DNA of 64,000 nucleotides from a virus: IMG/VR virus record IMGVR_UViG_3300032053_011398; one strand, 5' to 3'. Shown piece by piece: positions 17,141 to 26,890 of this stretch (position 1 is its first letter; each line of letters starts with the position of its first letter). The notes under the pieces were generated by a model. It saw only the letters and a program-made list of their open reading frames with translations, ran no database searches and was not told where the DNA came from. The position numbers and the translations under genes were made by a program.

Positions 17141-17217
17141 TGGGGCGAACGAGGAGATTTGCACTCCCAACGGTCGGACTCACAATCCGAGGCTCTGCTA
17201 ATTGAGCTACGTTCGCC
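17141..17217 (-). tRNA. tRNA-His (GTG)
   Basis: G-1, loop TTGTGAG, CCCA. Confidence 0.9.
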
Positions 17218-17405
17218 ACTCTGAAAATCAAAGCCCCACGGCCTCCACCTATGCTCGTGGATTGGGCCGTGGGGCATTTCAACAAAGAACAACACACTTC
17301 CATCAAGATTTCCACTGGTCTCCCAGTCTTGAAGCCACAGCATTCACGGTGGTCGTTTACCGGATTATCGGCCCGGCTCTCGGCTCCATCCGGAGCATGT
17401 GTGCT

Positions 17406-17450
17406 TAAAACTGAAAACCCCCGCACTCTTTCGGGTAGCGGGGGTTTTCA
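17406..17450 (-). terminator. intrinsic terminator of the attenuator upstream of the tRNA operon
   Basis: TGAAAACCCCCGC..GCGGGGGTTTTCA stem followed by GTTTT. Confidence 0.8.
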
Positions 17451-17466
17451 AAATCTGGTTGGTCCG

Positions 17467-17607
17467 CTACCCTACTACCTCACCTGGTTCGCGTGTGCTA
17501 CGGGTGGCAAAGCACAACGACGTGCCAGTATCCCACCCTTGGGCCAGGGCAGAATACTGCGCCCAGCTATTGGCAGGTTTCGCTGACACGCTATGCAACT
17601 TCATCAT
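17467..17607 (-). CDS. 46-aa putative leader (attenuator) peptide
   Basis: MMKLHSVSAKPANSWAQYSALAQGWDTGTSLCFATRSTREPGEVVG*; stop codon lies in a 9-nt segment complementary to the terminator 5' arm. Confidence 0.6.
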   Translation of the reverse strand: MMKLHSVSAKPANSWAQYSALAQGWDTGTSLCFATRSTREPGEVVG

Positions 17608-17614
17608 CGCGGTG

Positions 17615-17643
17615 AGTCTAAATCGTTTTCGTAAACGGTGCAA
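17615..17643 (-). promoter_or_regulatory. sigma70-like promoter of the tRNA operon leader
   Basis: TTGCAC-N17-TAGACT-N7-ATG; phased A-tracts upstream (17653-17684). Confidence 0.65.
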
Positions 17644-17731
17644 GAACTTTCACAACTTTTTAGCAACTTTTTAGCAACTTTTTTCGTAAACACAAACCAC
17701 TGGGCCACAACGAGGAGCAACGAATACGCGC

Positions 17732-19780
17732 TTATTCTTCCAGATTTTTCTGCACGACTGGCATTGGAACACCCATCATTTGATACAATTCCTCCTCCGA
17801 AATGACCCGCGTGCCGTGCTTCCTCGCGCCCTCCGCCTTGTTATTGCCCCCGCCCGTGCCTTGCACCAGGAAGTCCACCTTCTTGGTCACCTGCCCCTTG
17901 ACGACGCCGCCGTTCTGCTCGATCAACGCGCTCACATCATCGCGCCGACCGCTCTGGAGTGCTCCGGTAATGCAGAAAGTTTTTCCACCGAGCACGCCTC
18001 CAGCCTGCTGATCCTCCTCGAAGTAAAATCCACAATCAGCCAACATCTCCAGCTCCTCGATGTTCCGCGTAAAATAGGTCAGCAACTCCGCCGTGGCGAC
18101 TTTCCCGATCAGCTCCTCGACTTCGTGCTGGTATTGCTCGATTCGTTGCAGCGGTGACAGCCTTTTTTGCTTTTCGTCCTCCTCGTTGATCGGTCGGCTG
18201 AACTTGGTCGCCAAATCCTGGCAGCTCGTCTTGCCAATGCCCTCAATGCTCAGCGCCGAGAGCTTGCGCCACAGCGGGCCGTTCTTGGCCGCTGCCAGCC
18301 CCTCCCTCATCTTCCTGGCCGTCGCGGGCTTGAGGAAGCTGAAGTCGGCGATGGCGAACAAATCGGATAGTTTCTTAACGCTGGCCTTGTCCATCAACTG
18401 GCGCACGGTCGTATCCCCGCAGCCGTCGATGTCAAGCGCATCCTTGCTCACCGCGTAAACCAGCCGGGCGAACACCTGGTCATCGCACTCCGGGTTCACA
18501 CAGTAGGAATGAACCAGGCCCGTGGGGCGCTCCAGGGGCGTGGAGCAGCAGGGGCAGGTTTTGGGCATCTGGTAGCTCTGGTTGGGGTTCTTTTTGGTCG
18601 GCGAGGGCCGGGCTAAGCCGACCACCTTGGGGATCACTTCGCCGCTGCGCTGGACGAGCACGTAGTCGCCCACGTCGATGCCGAGGCGGTCCAGCTCGTC
18701 CTGGTTGCAGAGCGAAGCGCGGGCCACGACGGCTCCGCCGAGGCTGACCGGCTCCAACTGCGCGACCGGCGTCACCTGGCCGGTCTTGCCCACCTGAACG
18801 AGCACGCCAGCCAGCCGCGTTTCCTTGGTATCAGGTGGGAACTTATAGGCCGCGCCCCATTTGGGCGCACGCTCGCCCTCACCCAAGTCGCGCTGCTTCT
18901 CCATGGAATTAACCTTGATAACCAGGCCATCGGTGTCCAAATCGAGAGCCTTCCGGTAAGCGTCCAGGTGATGGATGGCCGGGATCAGGTCAGCGTCGGC
19001 CATGCAGGTCGTGTAAGGCAACCCTGGCATGTCCTGGCGCACAGGAAGCGTCATCGTAGTGGGGAAGCCCAAGGTTTCCAGATAGTCGAGCAGCGACTCC
19101 TGGGTGGTGACGCCGGGCGGCAGGTCGGACGGGACGCTATAAGCCGCGAAGCTGAGTTTGCGCTTGGCGACCTCCCTGGAATCCTTGAGCATCATGCTCC
19201 CGGAGGCCCCGTTGCGCGGATTGGCCAACCGGTCATTCTCCGAAACACCCTGATTGTAGGCGCTAAACGAAGACAAACTCCAATAAACCTCGCCGCGCAC
19301 CTCGATGGTCACCGGTTTGCGGAGCGTCAGGGGGATCGAGTGGACGGTGCGAGCATTCTCGGTCACGTCCGCGCCCTCGACGCCGTTGCCACGGGTGAGC
19401 GCCTGGACGAGCTGGCCTTCCCTGTAGCTCAGGTGCAGGCTGAGGCCGTCGATTTTCATTTCGAGGATAACCTCCTCGCTCTCCAGGCCCGCGAAGAAAG
19501 TCGCGGTCTCGTTGGCGTTGTTGATGTTATCTAGCGACAACATCTTGACCTTGTGCCGGATTTTCCGCAACCCGTTGGGGGTCGGACAGCCGACCCGCGT
19601 GATAGGCGAATTGGGATCGCCCATTTCCGGGTGCTCCTGCTCCAGGACAGTCAGCTCACGGAATTTTTGGTCATACTCTACATCAGAGATGGTGGGGCTG
19701 TTCGCCACGTAGTAGCGAAACGAGTGATCGGTCAGCTCCTTGCGGAGCGCGAGAATCTTTTGCGCATCGGTCATGTTCAT
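17732..19780 (-). CDS. ligA: NAD-dependent DNA ligase
   Basis: ISDVEYD, KIDG, ALTRGNG, EVRGE, DGLVIK, AYKF, OB fold, Zn finger, BRCT (GKTFCITG). Confidence 0.97.
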   Translation of the reverse strand: MNMTDAQKILALRKELTDHSFRYYVANSPTISDVEYDQKFRELTVLEQEHPEMGDPNSPITRVGCPTPNGLRKIRHKVKMLSLDNINNANETATFFAGLESEEVILEMKIDGLSLHLSYREGQLVQALTRGNGVEGADVTENARTVHSIPLTLRKPVTIEVRGEVYWSLSSFSAYNQGVSENDRLANPRNGASGSMMLKDSREVAKRKLSFAAYSVPSDLPPGVTTQESLLDYLETLGFPTTMTLPVRQDMPGLPYTTCMADADLIPAIHHLDAYRKALDLDTDGLVIKVNSMEKQRDLGEGERAPKWGAAYKFPPDTKETRLAGVLVQVGKTGQVTPVAQLEPVSLGGAVVARASLCNQDELDRLGIDVGDYVLVQRSGEVIPKVVGLARPSPTKKNPNQSYQMPKTCPCCSTPLERPTGLVHSYCVNPECDDQVFARLVYAVSKDALDIDGCGDTTVRQLMDKASVKKLSDLFAIADFSFLKPATARKMREGLAAAKNGPLWRKLSALSIEGIGKTSCQDLATKFSRPINEEDEKQKRLSPLQRIEQYQHEVEELIGKVATAELLTYFTRNIEELEMLADCGFYFEEDQQAGGVLGGKTFCITGALQSGRRDDVSALIEQNGGVVKGQVTKKVDFLVQGTGGGNNKAEGARKHGTRVISEEELYQMMGVPMPVVQKNLEE

Positions 19781-19841
19781 AAAAATCGTTCTTTCAATTA
19801 GAAGATGGCGGATCAGATGGAAAAGGTAAACAAAATTGTGT

Positions 19842-20309
19842 ATGATGCGTGATCTATTTTTGGACGTGCTCTACGCCTGCGGCTCAATCTCTGCCCTGGC
19901 GATCACCGTTGCCCTCCTTAAAACCGCCAGCAACTACGTGAGCGGAAAGATGTTTCTCCCTAAAGACCAAGTGTTTGTGACTTCCCCCGTCACCAATGCT
20001 GGAACGACTTCCGGCTGGGCGTCTATGACGCTGGATGAACCCATAGCCGCAGCTACCAAGTTCGACCTGCCGCCGCCCGGCCTGCCGCCGCCCACCGGCA
20101 TCATCAAACCCATCGAATCCGTTGACAGCACCTTTCCACCGCCCGAACAAGGCCGACCGATCAGGTCGCAAGAGGACTTTATTTTGGAGTGCGGCAACTG
20201 CCGCAAGCATATCAAGTCTTCCCCGATCAGCATAGACTCGAAAGGTGGAAAAACGGAAATGCGTTATCGTTGTGAAACCTGCGGAGCCACGGTCGCGGTG
20301 AAGGTTTAG
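19842..20309 (+). CDS. membrane-anchored protein with C-terminal Zn ribbon
   Basis: N-terminal hydrophobic helix, Pro-rich linker, CGNC..CETC. Confidence 0.65.
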   Translation: MMRDLFLDVLYACGSISALAITVALLKTASNYVSGKMFLPKDQVFVTSPVTNAGTTSGWASMTLDEPIAAATKFDLPPPGLPPPTGIIKPIESVDSTFPPPEQGRPIRSQEDFILECGNCRKHIKSSPISIDSKGGKTEMRYRCETCGATVAVKV

Positions 20310-21508
20310 TCGATCAGCGCCCGGATGATTTTCTGGGCGCACTCTCCCATACCCTCGTCTTCGCCCTCGGCGCGGGCGATGTCGTCCTTGATCCGTTGCG
20401 CCAATTGCCGGAGCATCGTCATCCCTCGCGGCGACTTGGCGTAAAGCTCTTTCATGAAGGAGTTGAACTCATCCACATCCATGCGCTGGATATAGCCGTA
20501 AAGGTGCATGGTCAACTCCCGCTCGTTCTCCGCGTCCGTGATGGCCACGAACTGGTCCCAAAGCTGCGGCCCCAGGATCATGTGCCAGGCTTCCATGTCC
20601 ACCAGGTCGGCCTTTCGCAGCACTTCCTGGCGATCCGCAGCATCACGAGGTAGGCCCGGTGAAGAAGCCATTTCGGTCAGGCCCTTGATGATCTCCTGAA
20701 TCAAAACCGGGAAGTGCTTAGCTTGGGCTGTAACCTTGGGCGTCTGTCCGTCCTCGGAGGCTTCAATCCGGGTTGAACCGACCTGAAGCTCAGCTTTTGC
20801 CCCAGCGATGACTTGGCTTTGGGGAAACATCCAATAGCCAATTTCCGTAGCAACCATCAGGATGCCGTATGCTTTGCGAAGCTGCGGATGAATCCGGTCA
20901 AGTGCTTGACCGCCCAGCTCGAACAAGTAATTGTTGCTGACCGCCGACCCCTGGATGATGGCGTTAGTGAAGTGCCGCCGCTGGATCATCTTTTCGATCC
21001 AGACTTTCTCAGCCGGGGTGCGCTCCTGGCTCAGCGGCTCCTGGGCCTCCGGGTCATCAGAAGTCATGCCGCCCTCCATGCTCGGCGCGTCGGTCAGCTC
21101 CGCGTCGATGGCAATGCGATTAGCCTCATACTCCTTTTTGGCACTCTTGAACTCGGCCAGCTCGAACACCAACTCGATGGCCAGGGCCTCCAGCTCCTCC
21201 TTGTGCGTGGCCTCAGCTTGCGCGATCAAGTTCATGGCCCCGACGAGTTTGGTCTGGATGGTGCCAAGAGCCTGCCGGGTGAGCGGCACGCCCAGGTATT
21301 GCTGGCCTTTTTGAAGGATTTTCTGCCACTGGCGCGACGCCAGAACTTCCTCGTAATTGGTGGTGTGAGCACCGGGGCCTGGTTGGTGCTCAGGATAGGC
21401 CGGGTGACCACCCAGGGGGTGAGTTCTACCGGCGATGGCCTGGTGCTTCTCCTGGTGAATCAAGCCACTCGGATCGTCGATGGCCTCGATGATTTCCCAT
21501 GCTTTCAT
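20306..21508 (-). CDS. hypothetical protein (probable virion/head protein)
   Basis: 400-aa ORF with phage-typical codon usage, coupled to the upstream gene. Confidence 0.75.
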   Translation of the reverse strand: MKAWEIIEAIDDPSGLIHQEKHQAIAGRTHPLGGHPAYPEHQPGPGAHTTNYEEVLASRQWQKILQKGQQYLGVPLTRQALGTIQTKLVGAMNLIAQAEATHKEELEALAIELVFELAEFKSAKKEYEANRIAIDAELTDAPSMEGGMTSDDPEAQEPLSQERTPAEKVWIEKMIQRRHFTNAIIQGSAVSNNYLFELGGQALDRIHPQLRKAYGILMVATEIGYWMFPQSQVIAGAKAELQVGSTRIEASEDGQTPKVTAQAKHFPVLIQEIIKGLTEMASSPGLPRDAADRQEVLRKADLVDMEAWHMILGPQLWDQFVAITDAENERELTMHLYGYIQRMDVDEFNSFMKELYAKSPRGMTMLRQLAQRIKDDIARAEGEDEGMGECAQKIIRALID

Positions 21509-22434
21509 TGTCCTTCAACCTGTTCCAGCTTCTCGTAATACTCCGAGTCTTCGTCCAGGTGGTCTTTGGCGATCTTCTTGGCTTCGTTCTCGTTGCTGGT
21601 GTGCTCCTTTTCGACCTCGACACCTTTGGCCAGAGCGGGCGGGTCGTAATTCTCGTCAGGGCGCTCGTCTGGCTCCGTCAGTTCCATTTCGCCAGTCTTC
21701 TGTTCCTCATCACCGACCGTGGTGCCATCGAGAGTAACCGCATTGGCAGTCTTGTCGGAAACCACGCCCAGGATGGCTTGAACCAGGTTATCAACAGCCT
21801 GGGTGAGCTGATTGGCAGGCTCCCCCTGGATAACTTCGATCTCGCCTTCGCCTGATTCATTGCCCAGGATACCAGAAATGGTGCTGTCCACCGGTTCAGC
21901 CGGGCCAGCCTCGCCGTCGAACGAAAAGCCACTTTCGCCGGGGCCTTCGCCGCTCCTGCTCTCCTCGCCTTCCTTATCTTCCCTGTCTTCCTCATCTTCC
22001 TCACCCTTCTCGTCGCCCTTGTGGTCGTCGTCTTCCTGGATGCCCTCAGCGAAGGCCATCTGACCAAAGACGCCGATTTCGTCAAGCTGCTCGCGGGTAT
22101 AAGTTTCCACAGAGCCGTCGTCGAGGAGCAAGCGCAAATTGCTGCCGTCCCATTCCCAGTCCTGGATGGGTTGCTGGGTCGCTTCGAGCCAGCTTTCAAT
22201 GGCCTCGCTCTCGTCCTCCGCCTTGGGGCGCGGAAATGTGCCTGGCTCCCAATCCGGGGGCACCTGGTAAGGGCTGGGAGAGGGCCTTGGCGGCGAGTAG
22301 GGCCTTGGCCTTGGGCGGGAGGGCGGGGGCGCAGGCGCAGTTCCCGGTTGCTCTACATCCGGTTCAACCTCTGGCTCGGCGACCGGAGCTTCATCCAGAG
22401 CGGCCAATCGTTCGATAATATCTCTCGCATTCAC
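21505..22434 (-). CDS. acidic protein with DUF5661-like C-terminus
   Basis: LAKGVEVEKEHT..AKKIAKDHL.E..EYYEKL; GTAGTTA-N4-GTG start. Confidence 0.7.
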   Translation of the reverse strand: MNARDIIERLAALDEAPVAEPEVEPDVEQPGTAPAPPPSRPRPRPYSPPRPSPSPYQVPPDWEPGTFPRPKAEDESEAIESWLEATQQPIQDWEWDGSNLRLLLDDGSVETYTREQLDEIGVFGQMAFAEGIQEDDDHKGDEKGEEDEEDREDKEGEESRSGEGPGESGFSFDGEAGPAEPVDSTISGILGNESGEGEIEVIQGEPANQLTQAVDNLVQAILGVVSDKTANAVTLDGTTVGDEEQKTGEMELTEPDERPDENYDPPALAKGVEVEKEHTSNENEAKKIAKDHLDEDSEYYEKLEQVEGQ

Positions 22435-22441
22435 GCGATAA

Positions 22442-25400
22442 CTACTCATGCTTCCCCCAGGGTAGAAGCAACTTGTCCCAGTCCGGGTTGTCCCCTGAGA
22501 TTTTGCGCGTCTCCAGGTAGTTTAAGCCCACCTCGCTGTCGCCCGCAAGCGGAACGATCACCCAAGACGCATCGAAGTCCGGCAGCAGTGATTGGATGAC
22601 CTGGGGGATGTCGTTCATGACGCTATACACGATGTCGTGGATCACCGGAAGCTCCTCGCGGAGCGAATCAACGACCAAGCTGTCATGGACGGTGGACACC
22701 AACAGGCTGTTCAGCCCGGCATCCCGCATAAGCGCCTCAATCGTAATCAGGCAGAGAAGCATCATGTCGGAAGCCGTGCTTTGGATCAGGTGATTGCACC
22801 CGGCGCGGAGGGCCTTGCTCCGGGCCTCGTTGTCGTCGCTCCAGATTTCCTCGAAGTGGCGCACGCGCCCGAAGATCGAAACCGCCCGGCCATGCTCCTC
22901 GATGAAATTTTTGTAAACACCCAGAAATCGCTTGAGCGCCGGATACGCCTCGAAGAAGGATTCGATGATGCCCTCGCATTCCTCCAGGGGAATATAGACC
23001 TCGTTGTTCGCAAGAACATTTTGTAAACCAAATGCACCGCCGCCGTAGCCGGTCAAAAAGTTTACAGTTTTTGCTACCTTGCGCTTCAGTTCCAACTTTT
23101 TGGCCTGCTCGGTTTTACCAGACCGCTGAAGCTCCTCCATGTGCTTTTTCGTGAATTCCTTGTAGTTGTGCATCCCGTCCTTCCACTTGATCTTGCTGGC
23201 CGTCAGGGAATGGAGGTCGATGCCGTTCAGGTAGGCATCGACCATCGACTCGTCGCCGCAGGCAGCCGCCATCAACCGCAACTCAATTTGGCTCAAGTCC
23301 GCCGCATAAATGCACCCGCGATCCTTGAACCGGGAGCTGAACAGCCGCTTGACGATGCCGTCGCTGGGCAACTGTTGCAAATTTGGGTCTCGACAAGAAA
23401 GCCGTCCCCCGCGTGTGCCCGTCAACATGAAGCTGGCATGGATGCAGTGGTCAACCGACAGGTGCGGCTCCTTGACCCGCTGCTTCTTGTCCAAATGCTT
23501 CGCCATCATGTTGCGGAGGGGCCGAACGTAGGTGCTGTAGAGCTTGAAAACCTTTCGGTATTCCTGGAGGGGCCGGAGGTTCGGGTGATCGACCACCAAC
23601 CTATTGAGGGTGAACTTGTCCACGGCGGCATACTTAACCTGCTCCTCCCGGCTCAGGTGCCCCCAGCCTGCAACGTCGTCACCATAAATCTTCCGGCCCC
23701 CCTTAGTGAACCGGACAGGATCGAGCTTGAGCGCGGTAAACAGCAGCTCCTTCAACTGGCCCTTGTTTTCCAGGTCAAGCTCCCACAGGGAACCTTCGGC
23801 ATGGCCTTCTTTGGGTATCGCGGCTTCCTGGGTCTTCGTCTGGCACCAACGCTCGATGACCTCATCCACGTCCCGCAACTTCTTTTTGGCGGCTTCGACC
23901 TCGTGCGGAAAACTCTCCTCCTGCCGGTGCAGTTCCTCCGGGTTGATATACATGCCCCTGGCCATCATCTTGGTCAGCGTGCGCGAGGCCGGGGCCACAA
24001 TGTTTCGGTAAACCCACTGCCGGTTGGGCGCGGAGTAGTAGCGGAACCTGCCCGGACAGCCCGGCCACGCTAGAGGAATTTTGTAAACTTTTGTTGTCTC
24101 CAGCCGTGATTCCAGGGCGTCCCTGGACTGGTAGGTAACCTCCACGTCGCCCATGACGTAGGGTTTCAGGTGCGAGTCCCACAGGGATTTGGGGCAGTTG
24201 GCGTAGTGCCCGCCCTTGTTGTTGGCGGGGTTCATGGTGTTGCCATAAAGGTCGATGAGCAGCGTCATCTCCTCCTCGTAACCGGCCAGGTCGGGTGCCC
24301 AATCATAGGCCAGAACTTCCAGGCCAAGGCTGCCCCGGCGCTGAAGCAGCGTGAAAGCCATGTGCCAGGTGTCCCAGCCCGCCGCGCTCGCCAGCAGGTT
24401 GATGCGGTCCTGGAGGGCCAGCCAATCCGGGTTGAATTGGCCGTCTGGCAGAAAAGGTTCGTTTTCGCCCTCGCGCCTGCCGACCGTGGCAATGGTGAAC
24501 AGTTCGTCGAAGGTCAAATGATGGCCGATCACATCCGCCGTGGCCAACAATTCGATCACGTAAGGCGTCAAATCATCAAGGAACGGCTTTAGCTCGCTCG
24601 TCTCGTAGTCCCAAGGGAAACCGATAGATTCCGGCTGGCTGTTCACCGGGTTGATCCAGCGGAACATCATGAAGACAATCCGGGGGTCAGGCGAACGCAC
24701 CACCGTATCAGGAATCTTTTCGACCGGCATGTCCGGCGCTTCCCCCGACCCTTCCGCCTTGACGCGCCGGAAGTGCGCCCATTGCTTCAAGCCGGTCGTC
24801 TCCACGTCGTAGGCCACTTTGAATGGGCGATGATCGTTCGCATATTGAATGACCTGCTTGAGCGTGGCGATGGCCTCCTGGTGGTCGGTCGTGATCCGAT
24901 ACCAGGGACGGATATAGTTGGGCGGCGGCACGCCCTGCCTGCCGGTGCGGAGCGCCGTAATCATGTGGTCTTCCCATTCCTTGGCCAGCACCGGATTCTG
25001 GTAACTCAGCACCAGGTTCCGGCTCTGCACCGGCACCATCGGGATGCGGATGTTGGGCGGCGCTCCGAAGATGGGATGGCCCTTGACGAAGCCGCCCTCG
25101 TGGGCCGGGTCGGGCCGATCCAGCATGAAGTTCTCGTCGATCAACCAATCGTCGGGCCAACCGCGCCAAGTCAGCAGCCGACCTGACCAGTCTTGCGCGT
25201 TGCTCTTATGGCTGAACAGGCCCAGGACGGACGTGCCCACCGGTATCACTACCTTGGGCGGATAAAGAAGCAGGTCATGGATGACGTGGTAGCGGCACCA
25301 GTTTCCCTTGGTCTTGTAATTAGGCGGTTTGCCGTCGCGGTAGGCGCACCGGGTCAACGGCACCCAGCGTATCTCGTCGAGGGTAACTCCATGCTCGCTC

Positions 25401-25822
25401 TGGAGTTTATAGATGACCGCCGCAAGATGAGCAATCGGCCCCTTGCCCGCACCCAAACCACCTTTGTCGTCTTCCGACTTGGAAACTGAATCCACAATGA
25501 TGGTCGCCACGGGGTTCTCCGGCCCCACGTAGTCCAGGTAAGGATTCTTGGCCCCCATCTGGTCGAGGCCGCAGGCCGAACAAACTGGACTGTCTTTGCC
25601 GGGGCACAACTGTCGCTCGCCCAGGGGTGCATTAGCGTCAGGCACTTCAACCAGTTCAGATTCCTCCCAGGCCCGCACCCCGTTGTGGTAAGCGATGAGG
25701 TCACGGAAAAACTTCTTCATGCCCTTGTAGTCCACCGGCTCGCCTGCGCGAGTTCGCCAAACCTTGGGCGCATTCCTGCGCTTCTTTACAACCGGTTCTT
25801 TGGCCTGTGCTTCATCAGCCAT
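22442..25822 (-). CDS. polA: family A DNA polymerase with N-terminal UDG-like and 3'-5' exonuclease domains
   Basis: YDVETTG, TRGGRLSCRDPNLQQLP, ADLSQIELR, AKTVNFLTGYG, TVHDS. Confidence 0.95.
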   Translation of the reverse strand: MADEAQAKEPVVKKRRNAPKVWRTRAGEPVDYKGMKKFFRDLIAYHNGVRAWEESELVEVPDANAPLGERQLCPGKDSPVCSACGLDQMGAKNPYLDYVGPENPVATIIVDSVSKSEDDKGGLGAGKGPIAHLAAVIYKLQSEHGVTLDEIRWVPLTRCAYRDGKPPNYKTKGNWCRYHVIHDLLLYPPKVVIPVGTSVLGLFSHKSNAQDWSGRLLTWRGWPDDWLIDENFMLDRPDPAHEGGFVKGHPIFGAPPNIRIPMVPVQSRNLVLSYQNPVLAKEWEDHMITALRTGRQGVPPPNYIRPWYRITTDHQEAIATLKQVIQYANDHRPFKVAYDVETTGLKQWAHFRRVKAEGSGEAPDMPVEKIPDTVVRSPDPRIVFMMFRWINPVNSQPESIGFPWDYETSELKPFLDDLTPYVIELLATADVIGHHLTFDELFTIATVGRREGENEPFLPDGQFNPDWLALQDRINLLASAAGWDTWHMAFTLLQRRGSLGLEVLAYDWAPDLAGYEEEMTLLIDLYGNTMNPANNKGGHYANCPKSLWDSHLKPYVMGDVEVTYQSRDALESRLETTKVYKIPLAWPGCPGRFRYYSAPNRQWVYRNIVAPASRTLTKMMARGMYINPEELHRQEESFPHEVEAAKKKLRDVDEVIERWCQTKTQEAAIPKEGHAEGSLWELDLENKGQLKELLFTALKLDPVRFTKGGRKIYGDDVAGWGHLSREEQVKYAAVDKFTLNRLVVDHPNLRPLQEYRKVFKLYSTYVRPLRNMMAKHLDKKQRVKEPHLSVDHCIHASFMLTGTRGGRLSCRDPNLQQLPSDGIVKRLFSSRFKDRGCIYAADLSQIELRLMAAACGDESMVDAYLNGIDLHSLTASKIKWKDGMHNYKEFTKKHMEELQRSGKTEQAKKLELKRKVAKTVNFLTGYGGGAFGLQNVLANNEVYIPLEECEGIIESFFEAYPALKRFLGVYKNFIEEHGRAVSIFGRVRHFEEIWSDDNEARSKALRAGCNHLIQSTASDMMLLCLITIEALMRDAGLNSLLVSTVHDSLVVDSLREELPVIHDIVYSVMNDIPQVIQSLLPDFDASWVIVPLAGDSEVGLNYLETRKISGDNPDWDKLLLPWGKHE

Positions 25823-25856
25823 ACCTCCTAGAACTGGATGCCGTTCTTACCTCCAA

Positions 25857-26873
25857 GTGGAAAGAGTCGCCATAACGCCACCGTGCCAATGCTTCGGGCT
25901 TGAACAAAGCCTGGACAGTCCTGTCTGTCCCGGCTGCCTGCACCGCACCGAGTGCATCGGCGTTATGGGCCATCTGGCGCAGCGCGAGGGCGTTGACAAA
26001 GCCATCTTCCGCTTTTTGCCCGATAACCTTCTTCACTATGAGAACATGGATGTTTACGGAAGCGACCCGGACGCCGTGGTGATGGAAGAAGTTTACCAAT
26101 TTTGTCATCAGTGGGTCTTCGAGCACAAAGCACCTGGAAAAATCGGCCTTAACCGCAGGGCAATCTTGGAGCGCGTGCGCGAAAGCGAGACTTCCATCAA
26201 GCTGTTTTTTCTGGCCAACATGCTGGCCTGGCAACAGTCGCACGAGACGGAGCCATTCCACGCAAAGGTGTTGACGGGAGACTTCGCCGTCCATCAGGTC
26301 AAGACGTTTGCGGCGAGTTGCCGTAAACAGTTTGGAGCTTTCGACACTACCACGCTCGACCGGCTCATGGGTTCGGACGTGGCCAAACAAGACTTCGAGG
26401 GGTTGTTGCTGAGCAGCGAAATGACGGCGGGTAATTTCATTATCGGATACAAAATGTTTCACTCCGGCACAGTCAGCCAAACGCTGTATCGGGAAAAGGA
26501 GGGCACCCTTCATCCTTACTGGCTGGCCGTGGAGCAAACCTACTACGATGACCTTCTCCACCAGCACATCAGACGCCCTGATCCGAACCTGTCGCCGGTG
26601 CTGGCCAAACACCGCTGGAACACCCTCCACATCCTGGGTCAGCTCAAGCGGCATAGCCGTCAAGCTGTGGCCGTCTTCCTGGCGCGGGAAAGGATCATGC
26701 CCGAAGCGGTAAAGCGCGTGCTGGTCCAGCATGGCTACGCGCCAGAGGACTTCATGATCGAGCGCCGGATCGTCACCAGCCCGCTCAAGTTCTGGTCAAG
26801 GCTCGCGGTTGCAATCCAACAAATGGAACTGCTGGATTTCGTGGACGGAAATCCGTCCATTTTCGATTCATAA
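25857..26873 (+). CDS. hypothetical protein (N-terminal Cys cluster)
   Basis: Long ORF divergent from the polymerase, preceded by CGTTCT. Confidence 0.7.
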   Translation: MERVAITPPCQCFGLEQSLDSPVCPGCLHRTECIGVMGHLAQREGVDKAIFRFLPDNLLHYENMDVYGSDPDAVVMEEVYQFCHQWVFEHKAPGKIGLNRRAILERVRESETSIKLFFLANMLAWQQSHETEPFHAKVLTGDFAVHQVKTFAASCRKQFGAFDTTTLDRLMGSDVAKQDFEGLLLSSEMTAGNFIIGYKMFHSGTVSQTLYREKEGTLHPYWLAVEQTYYDDLLHQHIRRPDPNLSPVLAKHRWNTLHILGQLKRHSRQAVAVFLARERIMPEAVKRVLVQHGYAPEDFMIERRIVTSPLKFWSRLAVAIQQMELLDFVDGNPSIFDS

Positions 26874-26890
26874 AAATGATGCTATAAAGT

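Noticed and set aside
17651-17684. Tandem CAACTTTTTAG x3 resembling the middle of the array repeat (reverse strand)
   Set aside because: Low-complexity match needing gaps; better explained as 11-bp-phased A-tracts upstream of the promoter
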